This document shows, piece after piece, positions 38,647 to 50,600 of a stretch of 64,000 bases of DNA (position 1 is the first letter of the stretch; each line of letters opens with the position of its first letter). Below the pieces are notes generated by a model. That model did not search any database and was not told the origin of the DNA. It saw only the letters and a list, made by a program, of their open reading frames with translations. The position numbers and the translations under genes are program-made. Origin of the DNA: Tubiluchus corallicola (Eukaryota > Animalia > Priapulida); contig JAQGDQ010000013.1 of the NCBI GenBank assembly GCA_030141605.1, positions 1,006,447-1,070,446 on the forward strand. Reading direction: 5' to 3'.

Positions 38647-41600
38647 TCAGGAGGAATCGTCGTCATTAAAACTGAGATATTTGTTTAGCGATGGCACAAC
38701 ATCTTTGCTCTTTTTCTTAACGTCTTTAGCTTGTTTATATTTACTAAATGGATTTGCAGCCGCTGCTGACTTCTGAAATGAAAACAAATAACAATGATTT
38801 GTTACGCATCTTAGATAAACCGACGGGAACTATGATGCACAGGAAAGTAAAGAGAAACCTTTAGTTTAAACATAATTTATTATAGGATTGGATCAGACAG
38901 TTTGAACAACATGATTTAGGATCCTCACCAAAACAGACTTTATACACTATTTACAAAAACATTTACAGTAAGAATAAACTATAACTACATAAACTGACAA
39001 GTTTTACTACAAGATTACATTAGACATTAGTACAAAATGGCAGTTAAAAATATTAATGTACAAATATTTAAGACTGACGTATCTCATATTAGATAGAAAC
39101 TACTGGAAGCGCTTAGTACGAAATATAAGGTCATGTGTACATTGGAATATTTTACAGTTAACAACATAATTAAATTCATCTTTTCTGAACAATAACAACT
39201 TCAACAGATCATTAGTTCCTCCGATTCTCATCTCTTTTCTCATCTAAAGAAGCCTTTTCAAGCCTTCTATATTAACGTTACTTCGCAAACACATTCATAA
39301 GAAATTAAGATGACTATTTATGATCTATTGAAACTGTTTTCTCATATATGCTACAAACAAAGTTTATACAATGTAAATAATGGAATAAACCTTAAGAACA
39401 ACAAAAAATAAACTACACACTTTGTAGTACTTTGATGAAGAGCAAGACTTTTTTATCAAAATGATAATTGAAAACGAATTCTTAAAGGAAAAGTCAAGTC
39501 TTCTAGGAGGCAGGCTTATTTCAATGTTTGTGAAAAATGTTAGGAGGATTTAGTAATAAAACTGCAATAAGTGCCTCGTGTAACTAGTAAAAGCACTTTA
39601 AAGTCGCAAATGTTTCACGCTTGCATGCTCCCATTTTCCACCAATGACGTTGTTCACTGATCTTAAAAAAAGCAGCGCACAATCAACTTCTGTCAAAAGT
39701 ATAGTAAGTTTTAACATTAACAAAGCTGCATAAATCTGAATTAGTTTAAGCAGCGCGCGCTTAAGGAAAGCCCTTGCGCTTATGAAAATCACGAAGTCCA
39801 CCAGTTACATCATGATTTCACGATTTTCAAGTAAATGGCAGCTACCACGTGCCTGAAAATTTCTATACAGCAGTAGTATAAATTAACTTTTAGCTAATTT
39901 CTTTGTATACATTTTAAGTTTAACTGATAACAGTCGATTAAATCCAGCATGCTAAGTGACTTGTCCTTTGCTTTAAGTTTTAAGAAATATTTTGTATCAG
40001 CCATTGCAGAGGAAACACTGAACTATGAAAAAACAAAGCGTTTTTGAAAAGAAGTTGGTTATTCACGATATTCTGCCTATCAAAAGCTGTTAAGACTATC
40101 TCCGACTAAGACATCTAAGACTAAAAAATACATACATTAGAAACTACATCATTTGCTTTAAGTTTTAAGAAATATTTTGTATGTCATTGCAGAGGTAACA
40201 CCAAACTATCAAAAAACAAAGCATTTTTGTCTACAAAAGTTTATCAAAAGCTGTTAAGACTATCTCAGACTAAAAAATACATACATTAAAAACTATATTC
40301 CTCGTCGTTCCCCCTAATCCATCATAGCCAGTCTTGAACTGAAAAAGAAAGTAGAGATAAAATAATTTCATAAGTGTCTTTAACATGTCTTTAAGCTTGA
40401 CTAGACAGCAGACCCTATAGAATGTTAATATGACGAACATTCTCAACAACTTTCAATGGATTTGTAGGCCCCCAGGCACGGTCACATTCAACTTTCATAT
40501 GATAAATAGCACATTTATGAGTTTGTTGTTACAGCTGTAAGGTAAAAGTTAGATAGCTGCTACAATTTTTACTACGACAATAAACAGGTGTGAATCTAGT
40601 TCACTGCACTGGCAACAAAGCTGGTTTTCACTTTCTAGAATACAGATGAGTTTCATACGGTGAAATCATGATATCAATTAGAATTACGTTGGTCAGGGAT
40701 TGACAAGTGATCTTGCAAATTGTTAAACATGTAAGAAAAGACGAAAGCTTCCGCATTTCTGAACTGAAGCACTCCTACCATCTCAAAACCAGCTGGTGTA
40801 AGTTCCGTGAACATTTTTAACTGTGACAACCTTTTCAATAATTGCATACTTAAAATACATTTTAAAGTCGACAAATGAGATGTCAGTTTCTGAGCTGTTA
40901 AAATTTAGGAAAAATTCTGTACTGTTTGACTAAAAATCAACAACTTATCTCATGTTTGTGAATATCAATGTTAATATAGTAATTTTTGAAAACTAACTTA
41001 AACTTCAGTGTGCTCCAAAAACCGTGCTAATCATAATTTAATCAAATCTTATATAAAATCTGATTACAAGGCACTAAGTGATGACACATACACATTGTCA
41101 TTGCAAGATTGTAGAAAAAATGTGCAGAACTTACCGTGTGACTGAATCCTCCCAATGAAGAATGTTCATTCTTACCAGGATCATTTGAATTTTTCATGCT
41201 GAAGTGTTTTAAACCATTTACAACAGGCAGAGATTGTGATGGTGATTTCTGAAAAGAAAGATGTGACTAATGTAGAGATCAAGACAACAACAGTATCATA
41301 AAAGCTTTCATTTTAAGAAATTTTAGTCTATAATAATATTTTTTTGTCCAATTAGAAAATTGTTAGAGCTGAAACTGAAGATTGATGTTTTATGTTTTGT
41401 GTAGTTCTCCAGTCTCAGCCAAAAAGTGTTGAGGGCTTCAGGTTACACCATTAGCCACAATGATAAACTAAAAATTAAAAGCCCAATATGAAAGCTTTAA
41501 TGTTTATTACAAGTTAAGATAATTACTGACATGCTATTCGTACATAGACCTTCTAAAAATCTTTCAAAATCCTTTCAAAGTCATCGGTTTTTGTGATGTC

Positions 41601-44600
41601 ACTTTCTATAGATAATATTACCAAGTTAAATTTCAGTCTCTGTTGTGAAATTGTTGAGCATGGTTGGTTGGCATCCTTCTGTCTCGGAAGACAATGGAGT
41701 GTGCGCCAAGAGCGTCAGTTATTGATCACACTGATGGAGCCGCAGTGTCGACTGTGGCTGAGCAGTGCGATCCTTGAACGTCTCCAGGGTGCACACCTGG
41801 GCAAGGTGTATGGAGATCCTGAGTTGCCTAGACAACAGAAACCCCCTCTCTTCCTCCCTGGTGTAGTCCCAAGGAAAGCAGAGCGATACGTTTTGCACCA
41901 GGTTGGCTGCAGGAGCTGCCAGAGTCAGTGAGCATGCTCCACTGGTCCGCCTTCCGGTCTCCACTCCTGATTTGGAAGGTTTACTCCTCTACACATGGCC
42001 GTTGGGTCACTTGACCTCCTCCGCCCTCTAGCCGTTGGCTGCTTGTGCAGGTCCTCCGCCTAGTGTCAAGACACAGTGTGGGCATCCCGCAAGCCTACAG
42101 CACCTGGTATTCCTAGGCGGTCACCCATCCAAGTACTAATCAGGCTCTATGTTCCTTAACTTCAGTGATCAGACGAGAACCGGTATTTTCAACGTGATTT
42201 GGCCGTAATTGAGCATAGGTATGTTTTAATCAGTTTTAGTTTTGAAAAACACTTCTGTCACCTGATGTGACTGATGCCGGCCCCTCCCTCGGTGATTTAC
42301 TGGTTTAGTAGCTTTAAACATCAACTATAATCATAGTAATATGCAGTAAACAAATACATGTAGCAGTTATAAACTGATTTTACACACGGATTAAAACCAA
42401 TAGTCCAAAAATAAGTTTTATTAACATCAGTGTGCTCGACACGTGCTAAATACAAGTCCGACAGTCTTTTAGATGTAATTTATGATTTTTTATTGTCCAA
42501 AATGGCCAATCATCATCATATTTCAAATTCACTATCACATCATGACAGACTGACATATTATGTGCAACTCGACTTAGTTTTATCTGAAGCAAATGAAAGC
42601 AGAAAGCTAATCCAACGTCAAAAATTAATTAAATGGTATAATGAAAATGAATAATAATAAAACGAAATATGAAGAAATCATGCTTACATCTTTGCCGCAT
42701 CTTACTAACTTGCTAAAGAGAAAAATTTTGTTATTAAACGACCCGACATACTGAACAAAAATGACTTCTTTCCTATTCTGTCTCCAAAATGAGGCCAATG
42801 GCCTATTTCCTGTCCTAGTTCAGCTGTCGATTGACAGCTTAATTTTACAAAAAACAAACACAAGGAGGCACCACGTGCTTATATCTAAAACAATCAGGAT
42901 GACACATTTTCGAAAAATGTAGAAATTCATCAAATGTATCTTAAAATTTAGAAAAAAGCAGAGAAACCAATCTAACTACCAAAAGTTTAAGGATGGCTTC
43001 GTATCACTGGAAGAAGTGACAACTAAGTGGTTATGGCAATTGAACTTTTTGTGAAAGCAAGTCAGTGAATGGATGAGTGACCCTTGGGTTCAATGGAAAG
43101 TTTCATTCGTCATTCAAGGCTGATTCTTGTTATCTACCTTGGTCAGTAGCATACATTGGCAACAGAATTAAGGCACTTCTGCTGGTTCAATAGCTCGTCT
43201 CAGAGGATCCTGCCATGACAACCGCATTACGTTCTACTGCACTGCCAGCGTGTGAAGGAATCCAGGTGTGCAGAACATGACAATCGAATGAGAATAGAAA
43301 AACTTAATCTATGCATTCATTATTGCTCAAATCATCTATCAGATTAAATAAGAAGCAAGAACTACAAACTTGATTAAAGGTAGTTTTTTTGCACATCTAC
43401 TTACTAAGTGCAGTTTATCTGGCTTCCCTGCAAATTTGATCGTTGGCATTGGAACATTATACCTAGAATTTTAAAATAAAAAAAATTTGCGAACATTTTG
43501 CTTATGATGACTAAACTCTGTTGATATTCTAGTAAGTGGTTTAGCACAGTAAGTAAGAGGTTTTTACTTTTACTAAAGTTCTGTCTCTTACAAGCAGTGT
43601 GTTTACTATAACTATTTGTCGTTTTTTTGACATAAACGTATTTATTTAGAATAGTCAAAAATAAAAATGTTTATTTGTTCTTCATGTATACATAACAAAT
43701 TTTGAAATTACCGCATAGGTTGTACAAAAACCAATCTTTTCCAGAAAAAATTCGCTTGAAAACTACAAGCTACAGACACAGATAAAACACACTACTGTCC
43801 AGATGGCTGGCGCCATCTACGTGGAGAAATTGCCACATACTAAAAGTTTTCACTTACTCGTGGCAAGCTTTCCGCAGACGAGCTGTCATTGGAGTTGGAC
43901 GTTCATTCTCAGCTAGACCTTCTTCAAATAGATCTACGGACATGTTGGGATCAGTAAGCTTAACGCGTTTATTTGCAGATTCAGGTGTCGAAGGTGCAGG
44001 ACTGAAAAAAATCATTATAAACTTTTATCAGTAATGCATTCATGAAACAGCAAACTTGCTACTGCTTTTACACGTGTTGTACAAGAATTAGTAGGACATA
44101 TATGTTTTACGTCGTACATATTATATGTCTTGTAACACGTATACAACACGATGTCGTATAAGAATAAGGAAGAAGAATCAAGAAGTATAGAAGAAGTTTT
44201 AAGGCTGTTGTCCCTGGCTCAACAGTGGGCATCAAGAGCATGACTCCTACTGATTTCTGCAGTGACTCAGCTAACTGATCTGTTTCTCTTTTCATTCTCA
44301 TGTGAATCTAACCTTCATTTTCATCATCATCTCATTCACTCTTCATTGTCATTTCCTTACCTTTACTACCACCCTTGTATTTCATTTTTTGCATTTTTAT
44401 CCTGCACCTTCTACGTCTTTTCTTTGCATTTTGCCTTCTGCTCAGTCTTGTACAAGTTTACCTTCTTGGCCCGAGCCGATATATCAATATATTATGGTGA
44501 ATTTAAATTGGAATTTTGTTGTAATAACAGCTTTTTTGTAAAATATGTAACCATGTTGTATCTATGGCATTTTGGAAATAAACTGAACTAAACTAAACTA

Positions 44601-47600
44601 AACTTTTGATATTAAGGTCCAGCTTTTTTTCAGTAAAAGTGCTGAGTATACGGCACTCTATATGTAAAACTTGGTAACTTTTGTGATCACTTTAAATTGA
44701 ATACTCCCTTATAACTCACAGATGACAATAATTTACTTAGCATGACTGCAGACAGGCATTTGTGTCTAAAAAACGCTAATTGTGGAGCCCACGAGCCTTT
44801 TGGATACCAAATTATGCTTATCGCACTTGTGTTGAAAGCACTTATCATATGATAAATGTCATTCTATTTCTCTGATCTGAGTTTTGTACGTTTTGCTGAA
44901 AAAACGGACCAGAAAGGTAGATTTTTAGGGTTTTCCTGCCCCGATAAAAAAAACGAATCCCTATGGAGTACATGGGAGACTGAGTTGATTCGTTTGATGT
45001 ATAATTTATGACAAATAGTTCAGCAGTTGCAAAGAAAATGACATATTATATAAATCCACAAATAAACATAAGTTGAAACTTATAGTATCAGATGCATATA
45101 GGATTTAATTCACAGATTTCAAGGCGCATAACTCATATGATGAAAATGAAAAATCATTTCAAAACTACCATACTTTATTAGGTTTCTGTGGTACTTTATA
45201 GCTTCAAACATAGTTAACAGACTTAACTACGTTCAGAATTTTTTGTAACCCGTGAAAAGTGGTCACCTGTGAAAAAGAGCTAAGGGCACCAAACCTGATA
45301 AGACCCACGTGTTCACGCCTGGTCATAAGCTGATACCTTTCATTTATTAAGCGTGACCGCACTCTGTCTTTGCGGTTCGTCTGCTCCAAAAGTGTATCGA
45401 ATTTTCGTCTTAAACTCATCCGGCTGGATTCCGAATGCTCCAAGTCCGCTTCGAGTAACTTGACTTTCTCTTGCAGTGAATTGATTTGAGTCTCCTGCTT
45501 TCTTAACTCTGATTCTCTTGATGCGGCATCTTTGTGTAACTGGAGAACGGCAGCCTTCAGCTTCTTCTTTGATGCCGTTTCATTTTGCAGCTCGCTGACA
45601 AAATTAAACAAAGAATGAGAATTGTCGGAACTATAATATTAGGTTGCATCCATTTTTGAAGTTGATGTTATAATCGAGCAGAATAGAATGATTTTACAAC
45701 AACAGATGCAATGATTCTATAATACGATAACAATAATAAGAAAGTTGCTGTAAGGCGGAAAAAGGAGAAAGTGATTTCTAGTTTTGCTCTTACCAGGTAA
45801 AGACCATAACTGTAAATTTTAATCCATTTAAATTTTATTGAAAAAAACCTATAATGTAAATTTCGGGAAACCTGTGAAATTTTAGGGAACTACTACATTA
45901 CTCAAGGGAAAAATTTGAACAATTGAAAACGTCTAACACATTTCTATTGTACTAACAACAATTCTTACAACAGATACGTTTAGAAAATGTTTACTTAGTA
46001 GATTATGAATAACAATCAAACAAAAAATGTTGAACTGATTTGTTAAAACTTACTTAAATTAAACATTTTAAATTCATCAGGTATGTTCAACCAAAGTTTT
46101 ATAACATTATATTTATTTGTTCGCTGAAAAATATTAGTCGAATGCTGTGGCTTAAAATAATTAGTAGATGCAAGTCTGGCATAATGATTATGAGTATGGA
46201 GAGTTGAAGTAAAATCTTTAGAAAATGCGAGGGGTAATAATTTGTGATGAAATTTGTAAATAAACACAAGAGAGTGAAAGTCATGTTTCTTTAATCTTAA
46301 AAGTGTAAGCCGGCTTTTATATTACATTAGTTTCATGATCATAAGGAACTGTACGGCTAATTTTCTTTTGAGTTCTTCGAAGTTGAGTTAAACTAGATTT
46401 GTAAGGTCCACCTCATCATGTAATATCATAAACTAAGTCTTCATAGACTAAACTGTAATAAATTTTCAAGAGTGATTGCAGATTAGTGATTTTGCAAAGC
46501 TTATAAACAATGGCTAACAAATATACATAGGCTGAATAACAGAGCAGCTTTTGAGTAAATGAGATTGCATAATCAAAAGTCTTTTACTGAACATTTATTT
46601 CAAGTATCAATGATTAAAGTCACCGACAATAAGGAAAACAAAGTAAATGTGAAAATATCCTTAAAATGTCTTACAAATACAATATAACGGCTTACGCAAT
46701 AAGTCCTTGCTTAACGACTCCCCATTTACCGACGTTTCGTTTTAACGACGCCGAACTTTTGACACCTTTTTCTTACTTAATGGTGCACCGTTATGTTTTA
46801 ATGATGATTTTTTACCTTGAGCACAGCCATATTTTATTTTATCAAAAACTTTTTTTACCTAATTAGAAGTACTAAAACGTTACTCTGTTCTAAAAATGTA
46901 TTAGTAACCTAAATAGTACAATTATTACAATGTTTTAGCTTCTTAACTGACTCGTACTAAATTCTATACCAAGCGACACCTGAGTTTAAACTTTATGCCA
47001 AAGAATTTTGTTACTAACCTGTTGCTATAACGACCAGATTAGTATAAAATGAAATTGTCTCAATGTATGCATTGCACGGCTTTCACTACGTAGTGTTTAA
47101 CACGAAGTTAGCGAGTAGAAATCGTTAGCCAGTCTAGCTAGATACTGGCAAGAAAGATAGATGATTTCAAGCAAATAGAAAAAAATTAATCAGTGGAAAT
47201 ATGATGAATAAAACTCATAAAACATTTAATTTATATGATTTAAGCAGCATTGATGCATTGATTTTTGGTTCTGGAACGTATCTCAATTCTTTTACATTGC
47301 TTCCTATGGAAATCTGGGTTCGTTTAACGACGTTTCGCATAATGTGGCATTTTGCTGGAACGTACTAGCATAGTTATGCGAGGATTTACTGTAATTACTT
47401 ATTATTACAAATAATTTTGTTACCAAGCAATAAATGACAAATTCGCGATTGAGCTCAATTTGAACCCGGGATCTCGAGATTTGTCTGGATTGATTGGATT
47501 TGAACCAAATTCAATCAAAGAACTTTGAACCACAACTCAAAACTACTAATCGAATTCTAAACCCCAAAGGTCCCAGGTTCAAAGCTAGCCTAAGTGCTAA

Positions 47601-50600
47601 TTTTTTCACACATTTCTTTTTTCGGCATGATGTGTTACCTAAAATGAAAATGAAAATTGTGGGTTTCTTTGATCCATTAACAAACAATCTTGAAATTAAG
47701 ATTACCTTAAATAATTCATTAATTAATTACCGACAAGTAATTAAATACAGTATCACAACCACCAACAACCAAATACCTTTGCAAAAGAGCAGTGACCGTA
47801 GCGATGTTTTTTAATGCCTCCGGTCCACCTGAGCTTGCACGGATCAAGTTTTCCACAGATTCCTCTCGGCCGGACAACAATTCTTCAACATTTTCTAAGT
47901 ACGTTAGTTTATCCCGCAGAGCCTTTGCCTCTTGTTTAGCGTTTTCTCCGTCTTGCGCTTTCCTTTGCAAGAAGCCGAGTTGATCTTGTAGCGAATTAAT
48001 CAACTTCTCTTGTTCCAGAAACTTCTTTCGCAGTTTCTTGTTTTGTTCCTCAGCAGCCTTGCTGTTTTCTTCAAAGAGTGCTTGTTGAAGTAGAGCATTT
48101 GCTACGATATTCTCTTCAAAAAAGATATTACTTGTAGGCTTACCAACTGTTTTGCTTTAAAATGTATGCAAATAAGATGTTTTACCCCCTTTAACGACAG
48201 ACGAAAGTTAAACAGTACCAGTGGCGGCTCATGTGGAACTGCAGAACCCCTTATTTTTTACTCGATATTATTGCTAATGTTCAATATAATTTGAGGCTTT
48301 TTTGTTTAATTATTTTTTTTATACTTGTAAATACTTGTATGGAACCAGAGCATGTGACGGGACTGTGCGCTTTACAGTTTCAGTGACACTCTGGTTGGCT
48401 GTTGTGAGATAAGACGCTGCACGCAAGGTAGAGACAGTACTGTCACTCACACAGTGTCAACCAAAGAGAAAATTATTAATCTTTTCACACAAATTTAAGC
48501 CAAGAAGAATGGATTTTGTTTTTAAATGAATGAATCAATTCAAACTTAAATTAATTAATTCGATTAATGAACTGTAACAATTTAGTCTATTAGTAAGTAA
48601 AAAATATTTAATTTGTTTAGGATTTTAACAAATTCATGTATAAAGTTTCTTTTTATATGTTGGTTTCGTTTTACACGATATTAAAACAATGGCTAAAAAT
48701 TTTCCGAAGTATCATTAATTTTAGCTGCGACCCGCCACTGTACAATACACAAACACCAGGCTGCAAATTTTGACTAATGCAAACATGTTGACATTAGCAA
48801 CTAGTCTATATGCAAGAACTTTGTATAAAGATAAGATAGGAAAAAATATTTATGTAGATAAAGTTGATTGAGCAAAACCTCGTTTACAACAAGGATCTGA
48901 TTAGAGGTTGCACCAATTTAAAATTAAGAATATAAATACACTTGTACAGTGTTCCCTTACCACTTCGCGGTTCATTTATCACGGACTCACTGTTTCGCGG
49001 TTTTCAAGAATATTAATGTCAAATATTCATCGCGGTATTTTCGCTGTTTTGCGGGTTTTTGCGGGTACTCCGTCTAAAGTATTTTTGCATATGCATAGTA
49101 CGTATTGTACAGTAATGCATAAATTTGATGAATTTTGCATCATAAAAAATCACAAAATGTATAAAAACATATTAAAAATATTAATTCTAACATTAAAAGA
49201 ATATTATAAATCATAAAAATTACCATTTACAGTAAATAGTGTATTTATTTGGTGGATGAATACACACCAAAAACGAAATGTAGTACTTGCGCCCACTTGA
49301 GATGCTACTTGTCGACATGAGATTGTACACAACACACGATTAGTTGACTGATGGAAAGCAACCAACCAGAGAATGCTTAAAATAATGTATAACTACTAAA
49401 ATAAGTATAAGCGTCCCTACTTCGCGGAAATTCATTTATCGCGGGTGGGCCCGGAACGGAACACCCGTGATAAGTGAGGAAACACTGTATATGTAATAAC
49501 ACAAACACAAAATTTACAAATGCGTCATTGTCGTGTCAAACATCTTGTGACATAGACATAAAGAAAATAAACAAAAACGCACAAAAAATTAATTTCAAAA
49601 GCTAAGATTAGATCGCAAAAACAACCTAAAAAAAGCAAAAAACAAAAAAACGTAGACACGTTAACAATGGAGAAATAAAGAGCAACTGAAAAATAGTTAC
49701 ATAAGACACAGACATGCTAGTAAATCAAGCAGAACAGAAAAAAGGCAAATTAAAACTATGATAAAAACATTTACATTGAAAATCCAAAACAAAATAAAGT
49801 TAAGATTACAATTGCAAAAAACGAAGAGGAAGCAAAAAGTTTAGATATATAAAAAAATAAAAAATAAAAAAATAAAAATGGCATATGAAACATGGCTAGT
49901 ATAAACCAGAGGAGAATATTAAAAGCAAAGTGAGCAATAATAAAAAATTTTCACAAATAAAAATTAGTAAAATTAGTACAACAGTATTACTATATATATT
50001 TAAAGAAAATCGTAATAAAAAGTAGTACCTTTTTGAACTAATTGGGCTCTGATTGTTTCAAGTTCGTTAGTTAACTTGTCAAGATGATCATCATCTTTCT
50101 CATTACCATCGGGACAGTGAAAGTACAGCTTCTTCACAACACTACTCTTTAAACATCGAGATCTGCACGATGGGCAAGTCTTTGAATTATTCAACCACGT
50201 AAGTAAACTGTTGAACAGAAAAATAAAAGTGACACATCATCTATTAGTTCAGAAAGATAATTATCCACCATTCAGAATGCCTGCAGTAAACAGGTAGGAC
50301 ATCTGTGTTTTAAACGAATACAGGGTGATTTTTCATTAGTCCGATAAAAAGTATACATTTTAACACAATCAATACTGCAAAAGCATTTCTGATAATTAAA
50401 TAATAGTTAAATCTTAATTAACAGCAGGCGAGCCCAACTATTGATGACACCACAAACTAATATAGTGTGCAACAGCAAAAATATTCCACGAGCACATTGC
50501 ACGTGTTTGCAAAAGCAAAAATTAAAGTACAGTGCTACTGTGAGATATTCAGCGTGTTGTACTAAAACTAGGCAAGTTTTAAGATAAAAATTCAAATTTC

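Noticed and set aside
41593-41964. ORFs of 112 and 81 aa
   Set aside because: They lie in the SINE body and show no protein motifs.
42091-42207. Functional 5S rRNA gene
   Set aside because: No oligo-T terminator, first bases missing, fused to a body and enclosed in a TSD; it is a SINE head.
49495-49985. Strongly A-skewed tract
   Set aside because: Low-complexity intronic sequence (U-rich on the TRAIP sense strand) with no discernible structure.
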